Shown here one piece after another: positions 12,401-25,143 of a DNA stretch of 51,869 nucleotides. The position numbers were made by a program, and so were the translations under genes. Below the pieces are notes generated by a model. That model was not told the DNA's origin. It saw nothing but the letters and a program-made list of their open reading frames with translations, and did not search any database. The first letter of the stretch is position 1. Every line of letters begins with the position of its first letter. Source of the DNA: Octopus bimaculoides (taxonomy: Eukaryota); contig NC_069003.1 of the NCBI RefSeq assembly GCF_001194135.2, positions 25,417,190 to 25,469,058 on the forward strand, read 5' to 3'.

Positions 12401-12433
12401 AAAAAGAATCATAAATTTAAACTTGAGAATTAG
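2420..12433 (+). CDS. SLC16/MCT-like MFS transporter, tandem copy 1; join(2420..2607,5937..6154,7827..7970,10780..11526,12285..12433), 481 aa
   Basis: Five exons (188+218+144+747+149=1446 nt) with GT-AG sites and matching phases 2,1,1,1. About 12 hydrophobic segments. MCT-type motifs FNTTKSETAMI, YSWRGALLIISGFCLN, IFDIKILKNKRF, TM8 Arg (SLASR), VGKITDLTQSYDFAF. Same exon structure as copy 2. A 710-N gap lies in intron 1. Confidence 0.9.
3570..3835 (+). mobile_element. mariner transposase fragment (degenerate)
   Basis: VHYNFIK...YCSQLDQM...LVNRSTPILLQNTKPH...LQELELEVLHHP matches the mariner catalytic-domain pattern; absent from the paralogous intron. Confidence 0.8.
5461..5747 (+). mobile_element. 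SINE family A, 5'-truncated
   Basis: Matches 1560-1778; interrupted by a 9-N gap with duplicated overlap. Confidence 0.85.
5937..6154 (+). CDS. SLC16-like copy 1 exon 2 (TM1-TM2)
   Basis: ttgcag|G acceptor and GCAG|gtgagt donor; encodes NNVLGFGFAYSLGILYTYFIREFNTTKSETAMI. Confidence 0.92.
7039..7261. mobile_element. piggyBac-type MITE, decayed
   Basis: Right end ctaaaggattaa resembles a ..GGG-TTAA terminus; left end disrupted by a simple-repeat tail. Confidence 0.45.
7827..7970 (+). CDS. SLC16-like copy 1 exon 3 (TM2-TM4)
   Basis: ttgtag|GA acceptor and TTTG|gtaagt donor; 144 nt, phase 1-1; IFAGMLYRKIGIGRSYILASALCSIGLFASSFTPNIWFLFFSLGILF. Missed by the ORF track. Confidence 0.92.
8722..8998. 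mobile_element. piggyBac-type MITE
   Basis: TTAA-CCCATTACCT ... AGGTAATGGG-TTAA: perfect 10-bp TIRs and TTAA duplication; 22-bp perfect palindrome at 8964-8985. Confidence 0.8.
10780..11526 (+). CDS. SLC16-like copy 1 exon 4 (TM4-TM11)
   Basis: ttcag|GT acceptor and GTAG|gtaagt donor; 747 nt open; overlaps ORF 10821..11576. Confidence 0.95.
11809..12182 (+). mobile_element. Family C repeat (3' UTR/tail of RTE-clade LINE or partner SINE)
   Basis: ggcgttaggaag..catccagctgtagaaac...gcatggaaag..gacattaaa(tga)n; same sequence forms the 3' end of the RTE at 36140-37340. Confidence 0.8.
12285..12433 (+). CDS. SLC16-like copy 1 exon 5 (TM12, stop TAG)
   Basis: Long polypyrimidine tract then ctag|GT; KITDLTQSYDFAFYLTGLFEIL...KFKLEN*. 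Confidence 0.92.
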
Positions 12434-12751
12434 CCAACAGAAATGAAGCTACATTCTGAAAATGGCTGCACATGATTCTACATTTCATAAGAAAGTTCTC
12501 AGTTGTATACACGGAATATATATAAAGCAATATATCTTACTATATTCAGTTTTGATGTTCTTGTATTCTGGATTGGAAAAACTGCTTGTCTACACAACAA
12601 ATTGCCCATGAGGAAAGCTTGAGCCTACAAGAAATTCTCTATGTGTTCTCTCAATTTGACTTTGACATCTTAAGAATGGTTGAATATAGTACATAATTCA
12701 CTGGATAATATGCTAAAGGAGGAAGCGGTTACAGTTAAAAAGTTGCGGAAC

Positions 12752-12757
12752 AATAAA
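12752..12757 (+). terminator. Candidate poly(A) signal of SLC16-like copy 1
   Basis: First AATAAA after the stop (about 320 nt); position only. Confidence 0.35.
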
Positions 12758-13332
12758 GATTTATCACAGAGACCTCTATCAAGAAAATAAATACAGCAAA
12801 CACACTGAATGGTTAAATCTTGAAAGCTGAGATTCTAGTCAAAGTAATAAACAACATTTCAAAAGTTGACAGCACTAAAATGAACTTAGAGATATCTAAA
12901 CTGGAAACACAAACATCAAAACCTCACTTACCGAAACCCACACATCTCAAAAATCCTTCCCACATCTGAAGACCTTCTGTGAATTCAGATAACAAATCTA
13001 AACACAGCACTTGACACATAAAATGCATATCAAGAAAAATAACCAATATGCGCACATAAACATAGAATTATAACCAATCTGCAATACAGCATTAATGATC
13101 TAAAAATCACTTTTATGTAACTAAAAGAAACTTCATAATCACTGATATCATTCACTGTCTTGAAACAGACTTTAACATTTTTATGTAAGTGCTTGTCCCG
13201 ACTCATCCCATTTTCTGGAGTGTTAAGAAATGAAATAACAAGACCCTGCTCTGGACAGGATGCCAGTCCATTGTAAAATTAACTCCAGCAACTGCATATA
13301 ATAATTTTAAACTGTATAGAGTAGAGTAATCT

Positions 13333-13679
13333 GTATATCTATAAAAGGCAGGATGTGTGTGTGTGTGTGTGTACGTGAATGTAATTTATGCATAATTTTA
13401 GGACATTCATCACAGCCCTAGCTGGGTTTTTGTCAACTTATTTTTCCTGAGGCACCCACGGATAGCAGTAAAAATCGATTTTCAACAATAACTTTTACCC
13501 ATTTTGAAGTTTGCTAACATGAGTTAAGTCCCCTTCTTGCCATAAGGAAGTGAAAGTGTGTGTGTGAGGACGAGAGAAGTTGTGTGTTGATGTGTGTGTG
13601 TGTGTGTGTGTGTGTGAGGGAGAGAGAGTTTGACAGCATCTAACAAAACAAAAAATGTAAAGAGAAAGTGTATGCAAGG

Positions 13680-13716
<37 letters not shown>

Positions 13717-14450
13717 ACAGCGTCTAACAAAAAGAAAATGTGAAGAGAAAGTATGTGTGAGGGAGAGAGAGAGTAAGTGACAGCGTTCATCAAAAATAAA
13801 AATGTAAAATGTTTTTTTTTTCTTAAACACAAGATATAGTCTTCAAATTTAGGATGTTTTTGAAAGACACTATATTTTATAATCAGATTATATATACTTT
13901 CTCACATAACAATTAAAATATATTTATTTTAAATCACTTATTTATCTATAAAAGCGGGATGTGTGTGTGTGTACGTGAATGTAATTTATGCACGTACACA
14001 AATTAGCACACATGTCGCTCCAATTTTAGGAGGACATTTGTCATGATCATGGCTGTGTTTTTGTCAACTTATTTTCTCCGAGGCACCCGTGGCTAGTGGT
14101 AAAAATTAATTTCAACCATAACTTTTACCAATTTCCACGTCGGTAAAACCCGTAAGTTTGCTAATATGAATTAAGTCACTTGTCTAGCAAGAACAACAAA
14201 GGGTAAAGTTTTAGATTAACACCCGCGCAATTTTCACAAAGAAAAAACTCAGATTTTTTGCATGGAATCAAGTACCCTGACCTAATATGCTGCAAATCCC
14301 TTATTTTGGTTCGGAAAAAAAGGGGGTAGGTTTTTTTTTTTCATTGAATGAATTCCTGTGATCTAATATGCTACAAAACCCTTTGGGGGGTCTGAAAAAC
14401 AGGGTGGGCTGAGGTGGAAGCCTCGGAAATTTTACCCACTCCCAACATTT
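13333..14450 (+). mobile_element. Two related Helitron-like non-autonomous fragments (13333-13560, 13943-14450) with an internal ~60-bp GA-rich tandem repeat
   Basis: Both start tatctataaaa..ggatg(tg)n tacgtgaatgtaatttatgca and stay alignable for about 200 bp. Three ~60-bp units at 13620-13800. No CTAG 3' end found, so the class is tentative. Confidence 0.5.
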
Positions 14451-14494
14451 TACAGAAATAAATTTTCCAGAGTGTGAATTACATGGTTCGTTAT

Positions 14495-14555
<61 letters not shown>

Positions 14556-16754
14556 AGTAGTAGAGAAAGTGACATATTGTGTGTATATATATATATATAT
14601 TTATAATAGTGTGCAAACCTTTGATGCAACCTTCTCCAATGCATATCTCCGATGCACACTTGACCGATAGTACCCCTAGGAGGGGTTAGGTCGAGATCGG
14701 GATTAGTCGCTGCCTTTCAGAAGCTCCTGAGCCCCCTTTCACTAGGTTAGCTTTGGGGGTGTACCACATCCTCTTTTTGGACACACTATTGTCTGCCATT
14801 ACTTCGCAAAGGATTACAAAACAAATATACTCACTCAAAATGTTAAATTTTAAATCGCGAGTAACAATCGAAGCATACACCACCAACACAGTCAAACTGT
14901 CAACTGGCGGTGTCAGAGTTTCACACAAGTGTACAAGCGGCCACCAACTCATTGTAACTTGTAGTTGCCTGGTATGATACAAGTATAACCAAATAACGAA
15001 CGCATACGATCGGTAATTATGTCAAATACAATATTTGTATCGATAAATTCATTACGTGAGATGATTATGGATGATATATAGAAAGTTTACAAAGTATTAG
15101 AAGAGGTGCAACTTTGGTGCATATTGCATACAAAAAGTATGACACCGAATTCTGTTCAAAAGATAAGTTTGCAGCCAAAACTAACTTTAAAAACCCAGAT
15201 TTAATGTAAATTTGGAAATTAAAACCCACAAACCCATCATTGCTCAAAAAAAAAAAACAGATATGGGTAGAAAAACCCATTAGTGGCATCCCTGGTTAGT
15301 ATACAGAATATTTGGTTAGTTNNNNNNNNNNNNNNNNNNNNNNNNNNNNNNNNNNNNNNNNNNNNNNNNNNNNNNNNNNNNNNNNNNNNNNNNNNNNNNN
15401 NNNNNNNNNNNNNNNNNNNNNNNNNNNNNNNNNNNNNNNNNNNNNNNNNNNNNNNNNNNNNNNNNNNNNNNNNNNNNNNNNNNNNNNNNNNNNNNNNNNN
15501 NNNNNNNNNNNNNNNNNNNNNNNNNNNNNNNNNNNNNNNNNNNNNNNNNNNNNNNNNNNNNNNNNNNNNNNNNNNNNNNNNNNNNNNNNNNNNNNNNNNN
15601 NNNNNNNNNNNNNNNNNNNNNNNNNNNNNNNNNNNNNNNNNNNNNNNNNNNNNNNNNNNNNNNNNNNNNNNNNNNNGATTCGATCCACTATACCCAAATT
15701 TGAATTAACACTGCGTCAGAACTTTTCCCACGGTGGAACAATGGTTTTGATCTGACAGCAGTTAGATATTTCCCAGACGCCTTTAGCTAGGCCGAAGCAG
15801 TGTCTCCACCACTTGACCCTTTTCTGACCTCTTCTACTCCATCAAATCTAGAATAGAGATAACAAGACCGCCAGCTAAATCCTTTGTTGTCACTATCCTT
15901 CTAGATAGCTATAAAAACAGGAGACCCCAAGCCAAACGTTTAGTGGTCACTTGGCGACAACGGAGCGAAGCAATTCGTGACAACTCAAGCAGTTAGAGAA
16001 TGGACATCTACAGATATAGTCACAAGCAGTCAGCCACCTAAAAGACAACACGACCAAAGGGAGAGAGAAGTTTACAACCAGCCAACTATGAGACACACCT
16101 TCCCTCGACGCTATAACTATCGCTAGCTCTCATCTCTTTACTCGGTAACCTTACCCTGTCTTTTTATCGGTTTACTACTACAAGAATGTGTACACACCAA
16201 TACAGGCCAAAATTAACTTTCTCTACCTTGCATTTTTTGAGAACTGTCTTATACGATTACACTGGCCTATCCGTCGTGGTATGGCAACATATAAAGTAAC
16301 GGTAAATAAATATTTCTATAAAAATGTTGATCATCTTCATCGTTCATCTTATAACCAGTACAATTGGTAAATAATACTTANNNNNNNNNNNNNNNNNNNN
16401 NNNNNNNNNNNNNNNNNNNNNNNNNNNNNNNNNNNNNNNNNNNNNNNNNNNNNNNNNNNNNNNNNNNNNNNNNNNNNNNNNNNNNNNNNNNNNNNNNNNN
16501 NNNNNNNNNNNNNNNNNNNNNNNNNNNNNNNNNNNNNNNNNNNNNNNNNNNNNAAAAAAGAAGTTTGAAAACGCCAATATATAAAAAATGAATTTTAATT
16601 TAAAATTTTGTTAGAGATATTTTTAACATGTTTTGGTACTTGTAAAAACGAACCTTATCAAAAATACATATTTAAGAAAATGAAATTAAATGAAGAGTTC
16701 ATAATTGTTCCTTACCGGTGTCAATAGTCCACGTGGGGGCATTTTTTGTTGGTT

Positions 16755-16945
16755 GTAGTAGTAGTAGTAGTGACCCTGTTGGTAATGGTAAGTGCAGTGA
16801 CCTCTGTCCGTGTCAGTAGCAGTAGTTAATTAGTTGTAGTGGTAGGGGTGGAAGCAGCAGCAGAGGCAGCAGTAGTAGTGACCGTAATAACAGTAGTAGT
16901 AGTAGTAGTAGCAGCAGCTATAGTAGTGATAGTAGTAGCAGTGAT
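16755..16945. repeat. Compound (GTA)n/(GCA)n trinucleotide tract
   Basis: Direct reading; generates the poly-T/poly-V ORFs. Confidence 0.85.
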
Positions 16946-17285
16946 TGTTAGAATAAATATATATGTATATATATATATACATAGATATATATATGTATGT
17001 ATATACATAGATAAATATATATATATATATANNNNNNNNNNNNNNNNNNNNNNNNNNNNNNNNNNNNNNNNNNNNNNNNNNNNNNNNNNNNNNNNNNNNN
17101 NNNNNNNNNNNNNNNNNNNNNNNNNNNNNNNNNNNNNNNNNNNNNNNNNNNNNNNNNNNNNNNNNNNNNNNNNNNNNNNNNNNATGATATTTTTCGCAAA
17201 ATTTTTTTGAGCTGCAAATCTCTCCACAAACCAGTCAGCAAATTTCCTCCACTTCCCATGGCCAGGTGACTGAAGATGCTGCGTA

Positions 17286-17515
17286 AGGAGTGGCTGTGTG
17301 GTAAGTAGCTTGCTTACCAACCACATGGTTCCAGGTTCAGTCCCACTGCGCGGCACCTTGGGCAAGTATCTTCTACTATAGCCTCGGGCCAACCAAAACC
17401 TTGTGAGTGGATTTGGTAGACGGAAACTGAAAGAAGCCCGTCATATATGTATGTGTGTGTGTGTGTGTGTGTTTGTGTGTCTGTGTTTGTCCCCTAACAT
17501 CACTTGACAAGTTAA
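17286..17515 (+). mobile_element. tRNA-derived SINE, family B, 3'-truncated
   Basis: aggagtggctgtgtggtaag...ggttcagtccc...caccttgggcaag; matches 39567-40030. Confidence 0.85.
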
Positions 17516-18525
17516 GTTAAGTACGATAACAAAATAATAGGATCAGTGAGAAAAAGCATTCAATTCAAGGAGAAATTAATATCGTTTAATGAATGCAGAA
17601 ATTGTGCGTGAGTTACTTCGCATTTCATATTTGGATAGTGTAGTAATTGGACGAGCTTGGATTGCGTGCTGTGCATGATTCAGCAATTGTTCAGGATCAA
17701 ATAATATGGCTTCTCCATGAAGAAATATGAGGGAGAAAAAAAATGAGAATAACATTCAAGAAAACAGAAAAGGGAAAACGTTAAGGAACTTCTAAAGAAA
17801 GGTGGATGCTTATGTTCCTTTTACCCATTAACTGAAGCATATTATTTATGAATGATTAATATATTTTAACAAAAGGTTGTCATGCAATATTTATGTCTAG
17901 TAAGGGTAGTCGAAAGCAGTTAAACATTGTGTCTAATGAAGTGTGGTGAACATCTTCCAGTTCGTTAAAAAAAATCTTGTAAAAGCTTCTCGCCTTAGAA
18001 ATGTCTACTGTATGATTTCTGACCTTGTTATCTACATACCTTAAGTGAAACCAACTAGACAATACTGGTTTTATATCTGGAACTAGACTGCTTCGAATAA
18101 GTAAGCATCAGATTTCAGAGAAAAGTATGATAAAAAAAGGGAAAATAGTAGATAAGAAAAACAATATGAAATAAATTAGCTTTAGAGTTCTGTTGTTGAA
18201 TTGATGAATCGTGAGTATTAGCTGATAGTGTTGTGATGAAATAAGTTGCTAGTTGTTTCAAGGGCCTTAATCTTGTAACCTGAGAATTATTTACTCAAGT
18301 GTTGCCTCATTTCAGCACGCTTTTGAATATCATTAAAATTTTCCTTTTTTCATAAGAACAATTTGGTGGTGGGGTGCTTCTTGGATATATAAACACAAGA
18401 ATAGGAAATGTGTTTATTTCTTCAATGAGACCATCAGTGGTAGGACACCGATCCCCATACGTACATACAAAACATACATACAGTCACTCACATAGAAAAA
18501 CAGGCCATAGATCTTTAGATCGAAA

Positions 18526-18713
18526 ATGGCCAACGATAACGAAATTATTATCCAAGTAAACTTACTAAATGCTAAATCAGAAGGGAAGAGAAATCTCACA
18601 GAAGCTATTACAGAGATATGTCCCCAGAAAGGTGTGAATCCCGGATTTTGTGAAGATGATGAGTGCACAAATCGAGAATCAGATATCAATGTTACACCCG
18701 ATCAACCTGTAAG
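18526..18713 (+). CDS. SLC16-like copy 2 exon 1
   Basis: ORF 18526..18717; donor AG|gtaatt; paralogous to 2420-2607. Confidence 0.8.
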
Positions 18714-21700
18714 GTAATTAGTATTTTCGTTTTTATCTTAATTTATTAGTGGTTTTAAGTATTTTATAATTGATTACAGTAGTTGCATATCGGTAACCGT
18801 CAAACTACATACATCACACTGTTATCTGGTAACCAATAAAAATAATCCACATCAAACATGGTTGACAGCTACCCAAAAACCCACACACATTTGTCTTTCC
18901 TAGAGCTCTTTCATAATGCTGGCATAGACTCCAGTGTCTGAAAGCTCAAAAATGTTATATCGGTATATACAGCTGAGTTTCAACTGAGTCCTTTGTAAAG
19001 ATTGTTTCACTGCCTTCCTTTGACCAGAAAGGGCATGCATGTTTTGTCTGTCTGGTGTGTCTGGTGAAAGAGGTTGTTGTGGTAGACGAGACTGAAACAG
19101 CTGGAGACAGGTACCACCATCTTCGACCAAACTCACACCAACTTCTTCAAGTTTTATTTGAAAAAGAAAATGAAGGTTGAGAGGGAAGTGCTACCTACCT
19201 CTCAGCTAATTAGTTGAAAGGTGAATGAGAAAAATGAGCATGGTCCAAGTGAGTGGCCTGCACTGAGCATGTACCTGTAGGTCAGAGGACAGAGAGAGGG
19301 CATTTTCCCTAGTGGTCAGAGTCACTATGGTTTTATGGGGTTTCCATGAGTATCCCTCGGAGGTTTCCTCACTTTAGGGGATTTTACTTTGAACTTTTCT
19401 GGGTTTTCTCTTTTTGTTATTTCTTTTGCTTACATCTTTTTTGTGTAAGCCCACATTGTATTGTCTTGTGATCTGGGCTCATCTTGGAATTAAGGTTACT
19501 TCCTCAATGACCTCAGATGACTTGACATAGATGTGGTAGCCATTACAGAAACCAACATTTGTGTAACACATACAGCTTCACTTTTTACTTCTAGAAAGCG
19601 TACTCATCTTGAGGTTTGACGGGAATGGGTGGAGGAGCAGCAGTGCTTTTCCAGAAAGAATTAGGTTAAGTGGTACAGACGATCTTCATAAATCCACGTA
19701 GTAAGTCGGTGGTATTGGATAAGAATGGTTTTAAAGTCAGTACCTTTAGAGTTGTAGTCGTCTATGCACCCACTGGGGTAAGACGATGACAAGAAATGTT
19801 CCTGAAAGCATCCGACTTTACTAGCTGGAGATTTGATTTAGACGCACAATGGGATTGTTACCATATGGGTTAACCCATATGAGAAGGAGGTGCAAAAACC
19901 TTGAAAACCTGCTCAAATGCTTCTAACTGTCTGACATATACTGACTAGATTTCCTGAATGCACCAGAGTGGACTTGGAACGACCAAAATAGGTCATCCAG
20001 ATTATACTTAGAGTATTTGTCATATTAGAAAAGAGATGCCACTGAATATCCACATTTTAAAGAAGTCAGCTACACAGGCCACAAATTTGTGGTCTGCACA
20101 GATAGAACTTATAGACTAGGGCCCAGTTACTGGATGTTGAATGCGCAAAGTCTATAGAAACCAGATTAACAAACTAGTCAAGCAGCATTTGATGGGGGCA
20201 ATCATCAACAATAAGCACCTCGAAGCAGGAAATATGAGCCAATATCACTTAGCAAAAAGATAGTGATAGAGAGAAATAGATTAGAGAGTGAGTTAATGAG
20301 TGGGCTAGAAAAGATGATAAGAAAAGCATCGTGGCCAGCATCCGAGCATCAAGAATGGCCCTCAGCCATTTCTTTAACACGAAATACAAAGGTTGAATTT
20401 CCAGAGTTAGAATTTGTGCGCTAAAATTAGAAGAAATGAAAGCTGTTTGATGAAGATGGTTTCAAGCAAATATGTGCAGCGTTCTATTAGAATTTTGCTC
20501 AACTGTTTGGAATAAGTGATAGGTCAGAGACGGTCATGGTCTTTAGTACTTACCTCAATGGCTTACCGCAGCTCTCAGCAGCTTATAGCAAGAGCCGTGG
20601 TATGCCGTCTAGGTAGGCACTGCAAATGACCGATAACAACTAACATATGGGAGGTACTGAGCGAGTGCGCAAGAGACAAATTGCCTGGTTTGAATGCTCT
20701 GCCAGATGAGTTTTATGATTATATATTAGATTTATTTGGCATTTTCTTGGCAAACATTCACTGCTATTGGCAGGTAGAAGGGAAAAATTCAAAATAATGC
20801 ATGTTAAATCTGCTGATAAAAGAGATATTACAGACAATTCCTGGCCTATAACTCTGCTAAATGCACAGTTTAATACTGTAGTCAAGGTATTAGCAAAGTG
20901 GTTGGCGCGAGTCGTCGGTGGTTAGGTTGGAAAAGCAGAATGAGGTCAGTGGTTTTCCAGGGGATGTGGAGTCTTTGAAGAGCCTGCTCTACCAGCTTGT
21001 GTGACATGGACACGTAGGTATGTGTGAGGTGCCACCACATAAGCACCAATGTAACTACAGCAGTGACAACAATAGAGGTAGCGGTGGCATCAGCATCAGT
21101 AACAACAACATCAATCACAATAGCAGCGATATCAGCTGCAACGATGACAACAACAACAAAACAATGGCTATATAAGCAATAACAAGAAAGAAAATAAGAA
21201 CAAGATAAATAATGAAGACGAGAAACAAAGTGGTGAGAGGAAAACACTACGTTCAGAAAGTCTTTTGTTGAGATAGCAGCAAAATCAATGCAATTTTTTA
21301 CACTGTCACTAAGTAATGAAGAGAAAAGGCTGAGAGAATCAAAATGATTTGTGAAGCTGAAAGGGAGGAGGACGCAAGTTGCCATCCTTGCAGAAACAGA
21401 CGTAGAAAAATAGACATAGTTCTGTAACGGTTGTTGTTAAGGTGTTGGTTGCCAGTGTGCAGGATGGAAGAAGAACAGTGATTGAAGTTGTAAAGAAATA
21501 TTTATTTACTGTTACTTTAATATATGCCATACCACGATGGACAGGTGTCTGTATCATATGAAAACAATAGAGTTATCTTTTCTTGTATGTTGTTGCTGTT
21601 TATGTTTGGTCAAACTGTTAGCTGCCTAACTAGGAATTAGAGGAAGATAGAGTGGATGTTAAGTGTAGGAAGTCGATAAAATGATACCTTCATTGTGCCT

Positions 21701-24700
21701 GACATCTAAACAGCAATGGTGTTGTGATAAGACACTGAATCATAGTTGACATTCTCACTATAAGCCTTCTCAGTTACTGGATTCTGCCTGTGGTCGCCTC
21801 TGCATCATCTCCTTTCTGCTCACTGACTTTTTCCTATGGTGTTTTAGTATTTATAATTATCCAAACTAGTTAGAAGGAGAAACATATTATTGAGAACAAT
21901 AGATTTCATTGGCGGTCTGTTATCTCTATTCTAGCTTTTGGTGGCCCAGAAGAGGTTAGAAGGGTCAAGTGGCAAAGACATTATTCTGCTTAGCGAAGGC
22001 ATCTGGCAAATGTAACTGCTGTCACTCACAGAAAAACTATTGTTTTACCGTGAGAAAAGTGCTATTGAACTGTTATGTGAAATTTGGCTATTGAAGATCA
22101 AATCCACGCTATACCTGCACAAACCACTACAGTTCTTAGCATTAGGCGTACAGTAATTGAATTTGATTTCAAACTGCTGACTAGGAAAAGAGTAAATAAC
22201 ATCCACATAGCAATGGGATCAAATGACTCAGTGCAAGTAACCGACTTGGTTGGAATTTGTAGTTTGCATTGCCTATATGGGCACTTACCAAATCTCTCGG
22301 ATGGTCTATTTAGGTACAATACAATTTTCTTGATGCGCGACTCAAGTAGGATAGATGCTGAAAGAATTAGGGCGATATCAAGAATTTTTTTTAATGCGAA
22401 TTTCTATTGAAAACAACCTTAAAGAAGCAAATTTCTTGATGTTACTTTGTAGTTGAATATTGACCGGTCCTTTCCTTTCCATTCACCAAACAAAAAATTT
22501 TAAGTAACTGAATATATTTTTAAATCATCCTAGAAGTATAATAAATTATATGATTAAAGGAGTTTCCACCATAATTTCAAAATTAACTACTAATGATCTT
22601 TATGTAGAGCTGGCTATAAAGATTTTTTTTTATTTATTCCCAACTCAAATAACTCCCATTTTGGTTAAAATAAGTAACAGACATTCGAAGTCACTTTAAA
22701 AGCATCTGAATAATATGCAAGATGAAAAGGGGGATATTTTATATCTCATCTAAATATCCATTATAAAAACATTGAGGTTAAGGTAAGTTCAGTGAACAGT
22801 AACTTAATTACTTCTAATACTGAGATCTATAAGTTTTTATCTAAAAACTTAACTGGCCACAATAACTATTATAAATCTAGGAAAAATGCAAATGCATAAT
22901 GCTTTAAATATATCCAAATCCTCTAATACGTTTAGGTACTCAAATAGTAAACTCTAATTTGGCTTCTGAACAAGACCGACGCACTAAAACTTGAGTAAAA
23001 CATTACAGGCAAACCAACAATAACGTCAGCAGCAGGGACAGTACTTGACCATTGATCAGTAACCGTCGGTTACGTAAGAGGGAAATCTTGTATAAATTCT
23101 CCTTATACAATAAATTTCGTTTCGCAAATAGCTAAAAAAAAAAAAAAAAGAATTAAGGTACTACAGAGTAATTTCCCTGCCCCCAGTAAATAAAGGAAGG
23201 TATTTAATAAACACTATATTAAACTTTCATTTTCAAATGCGCCCAATTTAGCAGATAACATAAACTGCTATTAACCACCATTGTTGTTGTTGTTGTTGTT
23301 GGCACTCCGTCGCTTACAACGTCAAGGGTTCCAGTTGATCCGATCAACGGAACAGCCGGCTCGTGAAATTAACGTGCAAGTGGCTGAGCACTCCACAGAC
23401 ATGTGTACCCTTAAGGTAGTTCTCGGGGATATTCAGCGTGACAGTGTGCCAAGGCGTCCACTCACTTCAGTGCCCACATCCTGTGCATTTCCCACTTCAA
23501 ATCATCACTTTTTCTTCCTTTTCCTCTTTGATCCTGTTGCCATCGGGACGTGCTATGTCGATTATCAGGCATGTTTTATCGTTTTTGTTCACCACAACAA
23601 TGCCAAGTTGCCAACATCTAATCTGATGGTCACACTGATTATTATTATCATTATTATTATTATCATTATTGAGTGAGGTGGTTAGGGCAGCGGACTCATG
23701 GTCATAGGAACGCGGTTTCAATTCCCAGACTGGACATTGTGAGTGTTTATTGAGCGAAAACACCTAAAGCTCCACGAAGCTCCGGCAGGGGATGGTGGCG
23801 AACCCTGTTGTACTCTTTCACCACAACTTTGTCTCACTCTTTCTGCCTGTTTCTGTTGTACCTGTAATTCAAAGAGCCAGCCTTGTCACACTGTGTCACG
23901 CTGAATATCCCTGAGAACTACGTTAAGGGTACACGTGTCTGTGGAGTGCTCAGCCACTTGCACGTTAATTTCACGAGCAGGCTGTTCCGTTGATCGGATC
24001 AACTGGAACCCTCGACGTCGTAAGCAACGGAGTGCCAACAACATTGAGTGAGAGAGCAGTGTATGCCATCAAAGTGACACTGGGGTAAAATATATGAAGC
24101 CCAGTATACCCATCATGACTACTCATCTGATAAGGGTACACCAGGCACATATATCACAGCCATATGTGCGCGACATAGTGATCTCATATCCAACCAGAAT
24201 TTGATTGCTTCTATTCCATAGTAATGCGGGATTTTGGTGTAAAGATTGATAACATCTTGGGTAACCAATATTGCTACTTCATCAATTGTTTTTGGTAGGT
24301 GTTCTAGCATGTCTAAATCGTCTCTAATGAAGCTTTTGATGTATTTCAGCAAGGGTGTTTCTACTTGTGAAGTCATTCACTCGTAAATATCATCACACAC
24401 AACATGGACAAAAATTTCTTCTTAAAAAAAATACATATTCAAATAAGTAAACCATAACATCATGAATAGCGAAAGTGAAACCGGTTGAAATATTAAAAAT
24501 TATATTAAAACTATGTAAAGTGTGCGTATTTTCCTTTTTTAATTTCTTATATATATTACAACTGTGAGGATAATTGAAATTCCTCCTTTTCTGTTCGCAG
24601 CCACTTGGCTGAAACCCATAAATAAATAAATAAATAAATAAATATATATATATGACATCCATATAATATGTATATATTTTAAAAAGATATTAAACTATAT

Positions 24701-24822
24701 GCAACAAAGGCATTTCTCTTCCACTTTTTATATTTTTTTACACATATTTTCAACTCATAATTTTGCCACGTGGTGTATACTGAATCTTCAGTATCTTTAC
24801 ACCTTGTATATTTTTATATTGC

Positions 24823-24854
<32 letters not shown>

Positions 24855-25101
24855 TATAATCTTGAGTACCACAATATTAACCTATGCACATGCATTAAGT
24901 GGAATACTTCAATATAATTGAAGAATATAAAACCAGAAATAAAATATAGCGTATGCACAGAGCTGAGTTTGGTTTTACTGTGAAGGCACGCAATATACAT
25001 AAGACTACTGAAATTATAAAAGTACATTTTTATTAGTACTGTGCTGTTACCTCTGCTCTTGCTAGAGCTTCTGCTGCAATTACTGTTGCTGCTTCTGCTG
25101 T

Positions 25102-25143
<42 letters not shown>

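Noticed and set aside
14686-14982. Minus-strand ORF containing MADNSVSKKRMWYTPK as a first exon or retroelement ORF1 start
   Set aside because: No recognisable domain, no convincing donor or partner exon; needs a database search.
15760-16260. Possible solo LTR (TATA-like tataaaaa, ends TTACA)
   Set aside because: No clear TG start, TSD or recognisable PBS; left side lies next to a gap.
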